Assembly: GCA_965223335.1 (NCBI GenBank)
Contig: OZ244991.1
Coordinates: 2,080,001-2,144,000 of the forward strand
Length of the DNA stretch: 64,000 bases
Source: Thermodesulfobacteriota bacterium
Lineage (GTDB): Bacteria > Desulfobacterota_D > UBA1144 > Nemesobacterales > UBA2774
Direction of reading: 5' to 3'
Under the pieces are notes generated by a model. That model was given only the letters and a program-made list of their open reading frames with translations, searched no databases and was not told the DNA's origin. The translations under genes were made by a program, and so were the position numbers. Below are positions 1-10,431 of this stretch, piece by piece. Position 1 is the first letter of the stretch. Every line of letters starts with the position of its first letter.

Positions 1-954
1 TGCAGTTGGGGCCTCTGATGTGCTCGTAGGTGGGATATCAGTCTCGTGTATATCTTTTAAGTAGTCGTTCCAAGACGGATCGACTTTAAGTACTGTTCTT
101 TCTTGATCAACAAGTTTTTTGAATTCATCGAAACCTAGTTTTCGGATTAAGAACTTCATGCGTGCCTTCATCCTTACTTTTCTTTCACCGTATCTGTCGA
201 ATATGCGTATCACCGATGCCGAGAAGGGTATCATCTCTTCTACAGGCATAAACTCTGTCCAAAGGTGTCCGAGTGAGGGCGAGGCCCCTAGCCCGCCGCC
301 TACATATACCTGGAACCCCCGTGTTTTCACACCCCCAACATCTTTTATCCTGGCCCTGAAACCGAGGTCGTGTATACGCATCCCTGCGTGGTCTTTATCT
401 TGGCAGGATTCAAAGCAGACCTTGAACTTCCTGCCCATATTTTGGCATATGGGGTTACGCAGCATAAAGTGCACAAAGGCCTCGGCATATGGGGTGACGT
501 CAAAAGAGTCGTCGGGGGATACACCGGACTCGTGGCACGCGGTGACGTTTCGCACGGTGTTGCCGCATGCTTCTCGGGTGGTGATGCCCACGTCTGCGAG
601 CTCCCTCATCATATTGGGTACGGTGTCTATGGTGATGTAGTAGAGCTGTATGTCTTGGCGGGTTGTGAGGTGCATAAACCCGCTTGCGTATTTGTCGGAT
701 ACGTCTGCAAGCCGCCTTAGCTGTGGGGCGTTTAGGCCGCCGTAGGGGATCTTTATGCGCTGCATTTGCACACCCTCTTGGCGCTGGGCATAGGTGCCGA
801 GCTGAAGGCGGATTTTTTGGAATTTAATCTCGCCGATGAGGCCGGCTAGATAGTCTTGGATCTGACTTTCGTAGAGTCTTAGTTCTTCGCGCACGTCTGG
901 GGGCAGATCGCGCTTGATCTGTTTCATAGATTTCGTTTTCACTTGGAGTTCCAT
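1..954 (-). CDS. Nitrite/sulfite reductase hemoprotein (NirA/Sir family), 3' end runs off the window
   Basis: Not in the ORF track. Manual translation from ATG at 954 (GAGG RBS) gives MELQVKTK...QMQRIKIPYG...HLTTRQDIQ...REACGNTVRNVTAC...GRKFKVCF...VYVGGGLG...RMKARMKFL, the typical siroheme reductase motifs. Confidence 0.9.
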   Translation of the reverse strand, partial: MELQVKTKSMKQIKRDLPPDVREELRLYESQIQDYLAGLIGEIKFQKIRLQLGTYAQRQEGVQMQRIKIPYGGLNAPQLRRLADVSDKYASGFMHLTTRQDIQLYYITIDTVPNMMRELADVGITTREACGNTVRNVTACHESGVSPDDSFDVTPYAEAFVHFMLRNPICQNMGRKFKVCFESCQDKDHAGMRIHDLGFRARIKDVGGVKTRGFQVYVGGGLGASPSLGHLWTEFMPVEEMIPFSASVIRIFDRYGERKVRMKARMKFLIRKLGFDEFKKLVDQERTVLKVDPSWNDYLKDIHETDIPPTSTSEAPTA

Positions 955-1066
955 AACCTCACCTTAGGTTGATAAATATAGGTATTTCTGCATACATTTA
1001 ACTATTTGAGATCAATATATTCTAAATGTATCCGATTACAATTTCAAATATGCGATTTGATTGTAC

Positions 1067-1900
1067 TTAGTCGTGGTTGTCGAGGTGATTGCCGCAGTAT
1101 TTACAGTGCTTGGCGTCTTGATCGTGCCCTTCTTTGCTGCATTCCCTACAAGCCCTTGCCGTAATGCCTTCTTTGAATACTTGGGATAGCTCTACCGTGA
1201 CAATGCCCGTGGGCACTGCGATTATGCTGTATCCCGTTATCATAACAATGACTGAAAGAGCCTGTCCTAGGCTTGTTTGAGGAGCAATATCGCCGTAACC
1301 GACTGTGGTGAGTGTAACTATAGCCCAGTAGATGCTGAGAGGGATGCTCGTAAACCCGTTTTCAGCCCCCTCTACCATATACATGAGCGAGCCGAGTACT
1401 ACCACTACACTTATAACTGCAAATAGAAACACTGTGATCTTTCTGCTGCTGGCCTTGATAGCTTTAACAAGCATGTTGGCTTCGCCGACGTATTTTGCGA
1501 GTTTTAGTATCCTGAATATTCGGAGGACCCTAAGAATCCTGATTACGAGCAGGAACCTGGTGCCGGGTAGCAACAGATCGAGGTAGGTGGGGATCACTGT
1601 GAGCAAATCAACCACACCGAAAAAACTGGTTGCGTATTTTCTGGGTCTATTTACACTTATTAGTCTTAAGATGTATTCAATTGAAAAAAGTATTGTGAAT
1701 ATCCATTCCAGAGCGTAGAGGAGGCCCTCGTATCGGCGACCGATAGATTCGACGCTGTCAAGCATCACGGCAATAACACTCGCGATGATGCATATGATGA
1801 GTCCTACATCAAAGAGTTTGCCAGCCTTGGTGTCTGCTTCAAAAATGATTTCGTAAATTTTATATCGCCAGCTGCTCTTTGGTGATTGGTCGTCTCTCAT
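1067..1900 (-). CDS. Voltage-gated-type potassium channel (ion transport protein)
   Basis: TTVGYGD selectivity filter, S4-like RILRVLRIFRILK, C-terminal CxxC...CxxC. Confidence 0.92.
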   Translation of the reverse strand: MRDDQSPKSSWRYKIYEIIFEADTKAGKLFDVGLIICIIASVIAVMLDSVESIGRRYEGLLYALEWIFTILFSIEYILRLISVNRPRKYATSFFGVVDLLTVIPTYLDLLLPGTRFLLVIRILRVLRIFRILKLAKYVGEANMLVKAIKASSRKITVFLFAVISVVVVLGSLMYMVEGAENGFTSIPLSIYWAIVTLTTVGYGDIAPQTSLGQALSVIVMITGYSIIAVPTGIVTVELSQVFKEGITARACRECSKEGHDQDAKHCKYCGNHLDNHD

Positions 1901-2064
1901 TTTATATCTCCGAGAATTTGGACAATGTTGAGATTATTATAAAAGCAAATCGGTATATGTATCAAATAGAATCAGAATATGTGCACACAAATAGTACTTA
2001 TATATCAACAATATTGTTTCAGCGGGATCGTAGGATATCTTATTAATGCGTAGAGAGGCTGAGT

Positions 2065-2439
2065 ATGAAACAGTTGATAATCACACCCGAGAGTCTGATA
2101 TCGAATGAAGAGGTGGAGTTGATACCGTCCATAATGTCTAAGACCGAGTACCTTAGGAATAAGATATATGACGGCATCGAGGTGTGGGTTGTGGGTAGGA
2201 ACAACGAAGATTTCTGGGCAGACATAATTACGCCGAAGCAAAAGAACAATCAAGTGGTAGACCCGATCGATATGAACCCTATAAATGTCGACAGGTTTAT
2301 TTTACACGTTGCTACTATGATTGATTCCGAGTCGGGAGAGGAAAAGCTTGTATTTGGGAACACTGACGACACACTTTATATCTTTGTCTTAGCGGTACTC
2401 AATAGAATCCACAGACTTCATTCTGAGTATACCAAGTAA
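2065..2439 (+). CDS. Hypothetical protein
   Basis: 124-aa ORF with a GAGG RBS, filling the gap between the channel gene and the tRNA. Confidence 0.55.
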   Translation: MKQLIITPESLISNEEVELIPSIMSKTEYLRNKIYDGIEVWVVGRNNEDFWADIITPKQKNNQVVDPIDMNPINVDRFILHVATMIDSESGEEKLVFGNTDDTLYIFVLAVLNRIHRLHSEYTK

Positions 2440-2469
2440 GAGTTGTTAATTGAAAGCGGTTAAGAGATG

Positions 2470-2555
2470 TGGTGCCGAAGGCGGGAGTCGAACCCGCACG
2501 CCCGTTGGGCACTGCCCCCTCAAGACAGCGCGTCTGCCAATTCCGCCACTTCGGC
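2470..2555 (-). tRNA. tRNA-Leu(GAG)
   Basis: Reverse complement GCCGAAGTGGCGGAATTGGCAGACGCGCTGTCTTGAGGGGGCAG...GGTTCGACTCCCGCCTTCGGCACCA; long variable arm, anticodon GAG, encoded CCA. Confidence 0.97.
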
Positions 2556-2619
2556 ACGAGTAATGAGGAGCAATAAAAGTAGCATAAATAGAGCAAAATT
2601 CAATCTGCTCGACCCCGAG

Positions 2620-3852
2620 CTAGGCCCCGTATTTTTGCAACCGCCCGGCGTGTGCGAGCACAAGTGTCATGAGCTCTTTGGCAGGGAAAGTGCCCAGCTC
2701 GCCGCGTAAGCACTCGGACTCGGAAAACCCGCCTACTCCCATGGCCCCAGTGCCCCGAGCATAGTCGGATGCAATCAGGATCGGTACAGGGTGCCAGCTG
2801 TGGGATTTCATGGTTGCCGGTGTGGAGTGGTCGCCCGTTACCACAAGTACATCGGGTTTAAGTGACAATATTTCAGGTACAAATTCGTCAAACTCTTCTA
2901 TTACACCTACTTTACCGTCAAAGTTGCCGTCCTCGCCGTAGCTGTCGGTCTTTTTCACATGGAAGTAGAAAAAGTCGTATTTATCGAAGTCACGCTTTAG
3001 AGTCTCGACCTCGCTCTCTATAGAGGTGTCTTTGACCTCGAGCACATCCATGCCCACCAGTTTGGCAACGCCTCGGTACATGGGGTATGTGGCTATGCAT
3101 GCTGCGCTTAGCCCATAGGCTTCGGAGTAAGAGGATAGATTGGGGTGGACGGCGATGCCGCGAAGGAGTATGTAGTTGGCTGTGGGCTCGTCTTTTATAG
3201 CATCGGCTGCGGCATGGATGAATTTATCTATGACCCCAGCTACTTTGGCAGCGTTGGGGTTGGAGCCTTCGGGTGCGAGAGGGGCTTTGCCCTCGAGCTG
3301 GGGGTCAGTGTCCTCGATATGGTCGCTGCCCTCGGGCAGGGGCTCGGGGAAGCTCAGGACTACTGCGATCCTGTGTTCCATGCCGGGGGTTATTGAGATT
3401 TTAACACCGTCGATCTCATTAACCGCTTTATTAATTTTGTTTACTATTCGTTTGTTCTCTTCGGTGGGGATACGCCCTGCCCTACGGTCTTTCACAATGG
3501 GTGTGCCGTTTTGGTAGTCCACCGTGGCAAAGTTGCCCCTGATCGCGATATCGTTGGGTGTGAGCTCTATGCCGAGCCCTAGTGCTTCCAGCACCCCGCG
3601 TCCTATGGCGTATTTAAGCGGGTCATAACCAAAGAGCCCCAGGTGTGCTGCACCGCTGCCCGGTGTGATACCGGTGGCCACGGGCAGGTGATGTCCAGTC
3701 GCACATGCCCTTGCCAGGTTGTCCAGGTTGGGCGTGTGGGCGGCCTCAAGCTCTGTCTTGCCGTTTTTGGGGAGCCCCCCTACCCCGTCTAGGACTACAA
3801 GCACTATTTTGCTGTCATTCTTTTGAACTATCTTTTTTATGACTTCCTGCAT
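2620..3852 (-). CDS. apgM: 2,3-bisphosphoglycerate-independent phosphoglycerate mutase (ApgM type)
   Basis: VLDGVGG, TPGSGAAHLGLFGYDP, GRGVLEALG, DRRAGR, TGDHSTP, HSWHPVP motifs. Confidence 0.92.
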   Translation of the reverse strand: MQEVIKKIVQKNDSKIVLVVLDGVGGLPKNGKTELEAAHTPNLDNLARACATGHHLPVATGITPGSGAAHLGLFGYDPLKYAIGRGVLEALGLGIELTPNDIAIRGNFATVDYQNGTPIVKDRRAGRIPTEENKRIVNKINKAVNEIDGVKISITPGMEHRIAVVLSFPEPLPEGSDHIEDTDPQLEGKAPLAPEGSNPNAAKVAGVIDKFIHAAADAIKDEPTANYILLRGIAVHPNLSSYSEAYGLSAACIATYPMYRGVAKLVGMDVLEVKDTSIESEVETLKRDFDKYDFFYFHVKKTDSYGEDGNFDGKVGVIEEFDEFVPEILSLKPDVLVVTGDHSTPATMKSHSWHPVPILIASDYARGTGAMGVGGFSESECLRGELGTFPAKELMTLVLAHAGRLQKYGA

Positions 3853-3888
3853 TAAAACACCTCTTAGGGAATGTAATTATAACAGTTT

Positions 3889-4659
3889 CTAGCCGGGGTC
3901 GCTGAGCTCGAACTCCATGCCGTCGTACGCAGGCTCAATGCCGCTTGGGAGTTCGGAGGAGAGTTTATCATAATCAAGCTCGTGGCCCATATGTGTGAAC
4001 ACCGCGCACTTGGGATTTAAGAGTTTTACGGCCTCGATAGCCTGTTCTACGTTAAAGTGTGCCGGGTGCGGTCGGTAACGAAGAGCGCTTATGATTAGGA
4101 GTTCCAGGTCCTCGAGGTCGGGTAGTGATTCCTCGGGAATAGCACTGCAGTCTGTAAGATAGGCCATATTGCCGATCCTGTAGCCCAGGATTGCCCACTT
4201 TGCATGGCCAATGTTTATGGGCTTTACCTTAACACCGTCTAAGTTGATTGCGGAGTTGATCTCGTTAAGTTCCAGTTTGGGTTTGCCGCCTGCGGAGTAG
4301 GATTCGTCGAATATATATGAGAAGTTTGACCTTAGGTTAGATGCGGTCTCAGCGTTTGCATAGCACGGGATCACAGTCTTATTAATAAAGTTATATGTGC
4401 GAAGGTCGTCTATGCCGTGGGTGTGGTCAGCGTGGGAGTGGGTGTAAAACACAGCGTCTATCTTGGTCAGCTTGTGTCTAAGTGCCTGAAAACGCATATC
4501 GGTAGATGTATCGATCAATATGTGCTTGCCCAGTGCCTCTATATATACAGAGCAGCGGGTTCTTTGGTTTTTAGGGTTTTTAGAGGTGCAAACCTCGCAA
4601 CTGCACCCTACAATAGGCACGCCAGTTGATGTGGCACACCCGAGAATTATTACCCTCAT
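3889..4659 (-). CDS. MBL-fold metallohydrolase, PhnP/YycJ-like
   Basis: GCATSTGVP, CxCxxC, THSHADHTHG motif. Confidence 0.9.
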   Translation of the reverse strand: MRVIILGCATSTGVPIVGCSCEVCTSKNPKNQRTRCSVYIEALGKHILIDTSTDMRFQALRHKLTKIDAVFYTHSHADHTHGIDDLRTYNFINKTVIPCYANAETASNLRSNFSYIFDESYSAGGKPKLELNEINSAINLDGVKVKPINIGHAKWAILGYRIGNMAYLTDCSAIPEESLPDLEDLELLIISALRYRPHPAHFNVEQAIEAVKLLNPKCAVFTHMGHELDYDKLSSELPSGIEPAYDGMEFELSDPG

Positions 4660-4799
4660 GCAGAAAAACTTAGCATTATCTATAAATCAATGCAAAACCC
4701 AAGCCCGCAAATAATCGGTTGAAATACAAAAAATGTTAAAGTAAAATATCAAACATTATTTACAAGCGCAAGAAAAAATAATATAATTGGGAACATACT

Positions 4800-6533
4800 G
4801 TGAACCCACAAAGGTACGTGCGCCTAGCGCTGACATTGATTTTACTCATAGTTTCCTTTGATCCGGCAATTGCGAAGGATAAGGGCGAGGAGCTGTACAA
4901 AGACACGCTTGGACTCTATAGGAGTCTGGCTGCAGACCCTAACAAGGCCGGGGACGTGAGGATCTGGGAAACCTTAGCTAAAGCCTTCTACAGCATCTAC
5001 AGGGACTATCCCGAGAGCTCTAAGGCACCTAATACACTGTTTCTTTCGGCAAAAATGTATGAAGAGATGGGCGAGAGGTTTAACTCGCAAGAGGGTTATG
5101 AAAAAGCTCTCGAATACGCAGAGATGTTTGTTATACAGTACCCCGACAGCAACCTTACCGACGACTCGCAGATACGAATTGCCAGAATAATTGAAAAGGA
5201 TAGTAAAAAACAGGCCTACACTGAGTATGAGAAGGTGATTACTGAGTACCCCCAGGGGGATATGGTCCCTGTTGCCAAGAACAAGGTTAAAGAGCTCGAG
5301 CTGTTTAAGCCCAAAGACTCGGAACGAAATGAAATAGCCCGCAAGACCAAAAAGTCCAAGAGATCTAATAAATCCTCTAGGGGCGGGCTGGTAAATATTA
5401 ATAAGATACGTCACTGGTCCACGGATAACTACACCAGGGTTGTAATACATGTGGACGAGAAGATGGACTATAAGCCCTATTTCTTAAAGGCAGACCCCAA
5501 AAACGGTAAACCCCCGCGTCTCTATGTAGATATCCCTGGCACAAAGGTGGATAAAAACATGTACCTGCAGCCTATAACCAATGGGCTATTGGAGGATATA
5601 AAGTTTGCACGGAACACCGCAGACACAGTGCGGGTGGTGCTATACATAAATAGTTTCGAGAATTACAAGGTGTTTTCGTTGAACGACCCCTACAGGATTG
5701 TGATGGATATACACGGTAACCCCGATAAAACCGGCGACCTGTATGCAAAGCAGAGGAAGGGTAAAAGGACTTCTACACTGCCGGGGCTTCCTGACGATGA
5801 GGTCGAGAACCTTCGTACCGCACTTGGGCTTAAGATAAACACAATTGTGATTGATCCAGGGCACGGAGGGCATGACCCGGGGGCGATAGGGCCAAGCGGG
5901 CTTAAGGAAAAGGATGTGGCGCTTAAGATCGCCAAGGCGCTTAAGAAAAAACTCGAGAAGGACGGTAAGCAGTTTGGTGTCGAAAAGGTCTATCTGACAA
6001 GGGAAAACGACAGGTTTATCCCGCTTGAGGAACGCACGGGTATAGCTAGAAAACTCGGGGCCGACCTGTTTATTTCAATCCATTGTAATGCAGCCAAGAG
6101 TAAACACGCTCATGGTATAGAGACATATATACTTAGTTTTACAAACGACAAGAGAGCGCTTGCGGTAGCTGCGAGGGAAAACGCTACCACGCAGCGGAGC
6201 CTAAGCGATATGAAGGACATTGTGAAACAGTACCTGCTTAGCTCCAAGTTAGAGGAGTCGGAGCGCTTTGCCAACCATGTGCAGGGTTCGGTTGTACGAA
6301 ACGTCTCGGACCACTACGACTCGGTTAAAAACAAGGGTGTCAAGAAAGCACCGTTTGTTGTGTTGATCGGTGCCGATATCCCGAGCATCTTGGTCGAGAC
6401 CTCGTTCATTTCAAACCCCAGAGAAGAGAAGAGGCTTAAAGAGAGCAAGTACATAGATGAGATTGCCGCAGGCATCTTTAGCGGTGTGAAGTATTACTCA
6501 TCAGAGGTAAAGACGGCTTACCTAAGCGATTAG
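4800..6533 (+). CDS. amiC: N-acetylmuramoyl-L-alanine amidase (TPR-like + AMIN + Amidase_3)
   Basis: Signal peptide; IDPGHGGHDPGA, EK, SIHCNA, LVETSFISN motifs; AMIN-like TRVVI segments. Confidence 0.9.
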   Translation: MNPQRYVRLALTLILLIVSFDPAIAKDKGEELYKDTLGLYRSLAADPNKAGDVRIWETLAKAFYSIYRDYPESSKAPNTLFLSAKMYEEMGERFNSQEGYEKALEYAEMFVIQYPDSNLTDDSQIRIARIIEKDSKKQAYTEYEKVITEYPQGDMVPVAKNKVKELELFKPKDSERNEIARKTKKSKRSNKSSRGGLVNINKIRHWSTDNYTRVVIHVDEKMDYKPYFLKADPKNGKPPRLYVDIPGTKVDKNMYLQPITNGLLEDIKFARNTADTVRVVLYINSFENYKVFSLNDPYRIVMDIHGNPDKTGDLYAKQRKGKRTSTLPGLPDDEVENLRTALGLKINTIVIDPGHGGHDPGAIGPSGLKEKDVALKIAKALKKKLEKDGKQFGVEKVYLTRENDRFIPLEERTGIARKLGADLFISIHCNAAKSKHAHGIETYILSFTNDKRALAVAARENATTQRSLSDMKDIVKQYLLSSKLEESERFANHVQGSVVRNVSDHYDSVKNKGVKKAPFVVLIGADIPSILVETSFISNPREEKRLKESKYIDEIAAGIFSGVKYYSSEVKTAYLSD

Positions 6534-6674
6534 ATCCCCTCCTCACCTCTTCACTCGCCTCCCCACCTTTAATCAGCCGTATATATGGTTTTTATAGATA
6601 ACCGGTCATGTTATTATTCTCTCGGTGTATATTAGTCAAGCACTCTTTAACGTGGGCCGTCACGCAACCTTGTT

Positions 6675-8393
6675 ATGAATAAAAACAGAGAGATAGCCAA
6701 TATATTTGCCGAGATCGGGGATATACTCGATCTGCTGGCAGAAAACCCATTCAAGATAAGAGCCTATCGCAAGGCGTCTAGGAGTATAGCTGAGCTTCGT
6801 GAGGACATAGAGCAGATTGCAGAGCGGGATGAACTGACCGATATAGACGGTGTGGGTAAGGACCTGGCTAATAAGATTAAAGAGTACTTGGAAACCGGTG
6901 GGGTAGCCGAGTATACGAAGCTAAGAAAAAAAGTGCCCGAGGAAGTAACACGGCTACTCTCCATACAGGGTCTCGGCCCAAAGACTTTATCGGTGTTGTT
7001 CCAGGATTTTGGTGTGACGAGTGTAGAGGATCTGGAGATGGTGCTCGACTCTAAAAAGTTCCTAGAGCTAAAGGGAATGGGCAAAAAGAAGATCGAGGAT
7101 ATAAAACGCGGTGTAGAAATTTTCAAACAGGCCAGAGATAGAACTAATATTGGTGTAGCGATGGCTATTGCCGAGGTTATTGTGGCCCGGATAGAGGCGC
7201 TCGGGGGTACGGAAGGGACAGTGTGCGCGGGGTCGATAAGACGCATGAAGGAGACTGTAGGCGATATAGATATATTGACGATGGCGGACGACACGGAGGC
7301 TGTGGTGGAGGAGTTTACTAAGATGCCTTTTGTCCAAAGCGTGCTGGCCTCGGGTTCGACTAAGGGGAGTGTGATCACAACCGATGGCATACAGGTGGAC
7401 TTGCGGGTGATGCCGCCCGAGTCCTATGGGGCAGCGCTGCTCTATTTCACCGGGTCGGTGGACCATAATGTAAAGCTGCGTGGTCTGGCACTTAAACAGG
7501 GATTCAGTATAAACGAATACGCCATTACAAGGGATGATAATTATGTGGCTGGCGAGACGGAAAAAGAGATTTACAAGACACTCGGGATGCCTTTTGTCCC
7601 GCCCGAGTTAAGGGAGAACCGGGGCGAGATCGAGGCTGCTCTGGAGGGCACACTCCCAGAGCTAATAGAGCTTGGGGATGTTCGGGGCGACCTACATACT
7701 CACTCTATCTGGAGCGACGGCAGAGCGTCTGTGGAAGAGATGGTAGAGGCTGCTCGTGGGCTTGGCTACAACTATATCGCCATCACCGACCACTCTCCCT
7801 CGTCGCGGATAGCAAACGGGCTCTCGATAGAGAGGCTGCTTAAGAAAAAAAACGAGATTGATAAGATAAGGAAGAAACAAAAAGATATAAAGATACTCAT
7901 GGGAACCGAGGTGGATATACTTAGCGACGGTACCCTAGACTACCCTGACGAGGTGCTGGCGGAGTTGGACATAGTAATAGCATCGGTCCATAGCGGGTTT
8001 AAGATGGAGCGCCGGGCCCAGACCGAGAGGATTGTGAGAGCCCTCGAAAACCCATATGTGCATGCGCTCGGTCACCCTACGGGGAGGCTGATCGGTGAGC
8101 GGGACCCCTATGATGTGGATATCGATCGAGTGATAGAGGCTGCTCGGGCCCATGGCAAAGCGCTTGAGGTAAACGCCTCGTACCTGCGGCTTGACCTAAA
8201 CGACAATAATGTTAGAAAGGCCGTGGCGGAGGGAGTGAAAATAATAATATGCACAGACGCTCACAGCACGGAGCAGCTGCATTTTATGAGGCTTGGGGTG
8301 GGCACTGCCAGACGCGGATGGGTGACAAAAGCAGACGTGCTGAATACACTCAATTACAGGGATTTAACAAAGTGGTTAAAAATGGACAGATAA
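6675..8393 (+). CDS. polX: DNA polymerase X / PHP 3'-5' exonuclease
   Basis: GSIRR..ETVGDIDIL, QVDLRV, YFTGS; PHP motifs DLHTHS, TDHS, HPTGR, TDAH. Confidence 0.95.
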   Translation: MNKNREIANIFAEIGDILDLLAENPFKIRAYRKASRSIAELREDIEQIAERDELTDIDGVGKDLANKIKEYLETGGVAEYTKLRKKVPEEVTRLLSIQGLGPKTLSVLFQDFGVTSVEDLEMVLDSKKFLELKGMGKKKIEDIKRGVEIFKQARDRTNIGVAMAIAEVIVARIEALGGTEGTVCAGSIRRMKETVGDIDILTMADDTEAVVEEFTKMPFVQSVLASGSTKGSVITTDGIQVDLRVMPPESYGAALLYFTGSVDHNVKLRGLALKQGFSINEYAITRDDNYVAGETEKEIYKTLGMPFVPPELRENRGEIEAALEGTLPELIELGDVRGDLHTHSIWSDGRASVEEMVEAARGLGYNYIAITDHSPSSRIANGLSIERLLKKKNEIDKIRKKQKDIKILMGTEVDILSDGTLDYPDEVLAELDIVIASVHSGFKMERRAQTERIVRALENPYVHALGHPTGRLIGERDPYDVDIDRVIEAARAHGKALEVNASYLRLDLNDNNVRKAVAEGVKIIICTDAHSTEQLHFMRLGVGTARRGWVTKADVLNTLNYRDLTKWLKMDR

Positions 8394-8400
8394 TAGAGCT

Positions 8401-10428
8401 ATGAGCACGAAACCAACTAAGAGAGAGGCTAAAAAGAGGATCGAGTTCCTGAGCGAGGAAGTAGAGAGGCATAACCACCTCTACTATATAGAGGAGAGCC
8501 CTGAGATCTCGGATTATGAATTCGATACACTATTGCACGAGCTTAGGGAGCTTGAGGAGCTCTACCCGGAACTCGCATTGCCCGACTCACCCACAAAACG
8601 GGTCGGGGGCGAAGTGGCAGAGGGGTTTACACCTGTGGCCCATATCGTGCCCATGATGAGCATTGACAATATATCTAACGACGACGAGGCGAGGGAATTT
8701 GACGCGCGCATTAAGAGGGGGCTCGAAAAAGAAACCGATGAGGATATTGAGTATGTGGTGGAGCCTAAGTTCGATGGTGTGTCGGCCTCGCTTGTGTATG
8801 AAGACGGTGTATTTGTGAGGGGAGCTACCCGGGGCGACGGAAAGACGGGTGAGGAGATTACCTCGAACCTAAAGACCATTAACACTATACCGCTTAAGCT
8901 AAAGACCAATAGCAGACCGCCTAGTCTGGTTGAGATACGCGGAGAGGTGCTATTTAGCTTAAGCGGGTTTGATGCTCTAAATAAAGAGCTTGAGGAGGCG
9001 GGTGAGCCCATGTTTGTCAACCCGCGTAACGCTGCGTCGGGATCGCTCCGCCAGCTTGACTCGGCGGTTACCGCACGCAGGCCGCTTGATTTCTATGCAT
9101 GGGGTGTGGGGGAGATACGCCCGGGTGACATAGAAACCGAGTGGGACCTGGTAGGGGTGCTAAAAAACTCGGGCTTTAGAGTAGACAAGCGCATTATGCA
9201 CTGTAAGAACATCGAGGAGGCTATCTCGTTTCAGCACGAGGTTGAGTCAGCGAGGGACGACCTGCCTTATGAGGCGGACGGTGTTGTGCTAAAGGTAAAC
9301 AGCCGTGAGTACCAGCGCCGTCTGGGTGCCACTGCTAAACACCCGCGCTGGAGCATTGCATATAAATTTAAGCCGCGCCAAGCCATCACTAAGATAAACG
9401 AAATCACGGTGCAGGTGGGTAGGATCGGGCTGCTTACTCCGGTGGCTGAACTGGAACCGGTCAAAATATCGGGCATTACCGTGAAGAGGGCCTCTTTACA
9501 CACAGACGATATCATAAGAGATAGAGACATAATGATAGGTGATACGGTACTTGTGCAGAGGGCGGGCGATGTGATACCCGAGGTCGTAAAGCCTATAGAG
9601 GATAGACGCACAGGCAGTGAAAAAGAGTTTGTCATGCCCCGTAGTTGTCCCTCGTGCGGCACGGGGGTTGAGCGGGAGGGGGCGTACTATTACTGCCCTA
9701 ACCTGTCGTGCCCGGCACAGATTAAGGGCAGGATAATCTATCTGGCTTCGCGTAAGGCCTTTGATATCGAGGGGCTTGGGGAAAAGATAGTCGAGCAGCT
9801 GATAGGGGAAGGATTGGTCGAGAACCTGGCCGATATATTTTCACTTAATAGAGACCAGATACTCGGGCTCGAGAGGTTTGCCGAAAAATCGGCTACGAAT
9901 TTGGTTGAAGAGATCCGGGGCAGCAAAAAGATCTCGTTTGAGCGGTTCCTAAACTCGCTTAGTATAAGACACGTGGGGGAGAGGATGGCCGAGGTCCTGG
10001 CGGAGAACTATGGCGACATTGAGGGGCTTATGAATGCTTCGGAAGAGGAGCTGGTGGAGATAGATAGTGTAGGACCCGAGATTGCAAAGAGTGTGGCGAG
10101 CTTTTTTTCTGAGACCAAAAACCGCGAGACCATAAATAAACTGCTTGGAGCCGGGATCAGCGTAGACTACAAACAGGTGGCGGAAAAAAGTGATGAATTG
10201 GCCGGACAGACCTTTGTGTTTACAGGGGGACTTGAGAATATGACAAGGGACCAGGCCCAGGATCTTGTTAAAAAACGTGGGGGCAAGGCTACGTCGTCGG
10301 TGACAAAAAAAACAACCTATGTGGTGGCGGGTAAGGACCCCGGCTCTAAACTCGCAAAGGCAGAGGCCCTCGGGGTGACTATTCTTTCTGAAAATGAGTT
10401 TATAAAATTAATCGAACACCTTAAATAG
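8401..10428 (+). CDS. ligA: NAD-dependent DNA ligase
   Basis: EPKFDG adenylation motif, TRGDG, NPRNAASGSLRQLD, Zn finger, BRCT tail. Confidence 0.97.
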   Translation: MSTKPTKREAKKRIEFLSEEVERHNHLYYIEESPEISDYEFDTLLHELRELEELYPELALPDSPTKRVGGEVAEGFTPVAHIVPMMSIDNISNDDEAREFDARIKRGLEKETDEDIEYVVEPKFDGVSASLVYEDGVFVRGATRGDGKTGEEITSNLKTINTIPLKLKTNSRPPSLVEIRGEVLFSLSGFDALNKELEEAGEPMFVNPRNAASGSLRQLDSAVTARRPLDFYAWGVGEIRPGDIETEWDLVGVLKNSGFRVDKRIMHCKNIEEAISFQHEVESARDDLPYEADGVVLKVNSREYQRRLGATAKHPRWSIAYKFKPRQAITKINEITVQVGRIGLLTPVAELEPVKISGITVKRASLHTDDIIRDRDIMIGDTVLVQRAGDVIPEVVKPIEDRRTGSEKEFVMPRSCPSCGTGVEREGAYYYCPNLSCPAQIKGRIIYLASRKAFDIEGLGEKIVEQLIGEGLVENLADIFSLNRDQILGLERFAEKSATNLVEEIRGSKKISFERFLNSLSIRHVGERMAEVLAENYGDIEGLMNASEEELVEIDSVGPEIAKSVASFFSETKNRETINKLLGAGISVDYKQVAEKSDELAGQTFVFTGGLENMTRDQAQDLVKKRGGKATSSVTKKTTYVVAGKDPGSKLAKAEALGVTILSENEFIKLIEHLK

Positions 10429-10431
10429 GAC

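Noticed and set aside
119..720. Plus-strand ORFs of 173 aa and 116 aa
   Set aside because: Shadows of the minus-strand nitrite/sulfite reductase (1-954), which the ORF track missed because it runs off the edge
2399..2709. Short ORFs across the tRNA-Leu
   Set aside because: They overlap the tRNA gene and the end of apgM; spurious. No integrase or att duplication was seen at this tRNA
6535..6572. Pyrimidine-rich tract after amiC
   Set aside because: No convincing stem-loop or repeat; cannot be called a terminator
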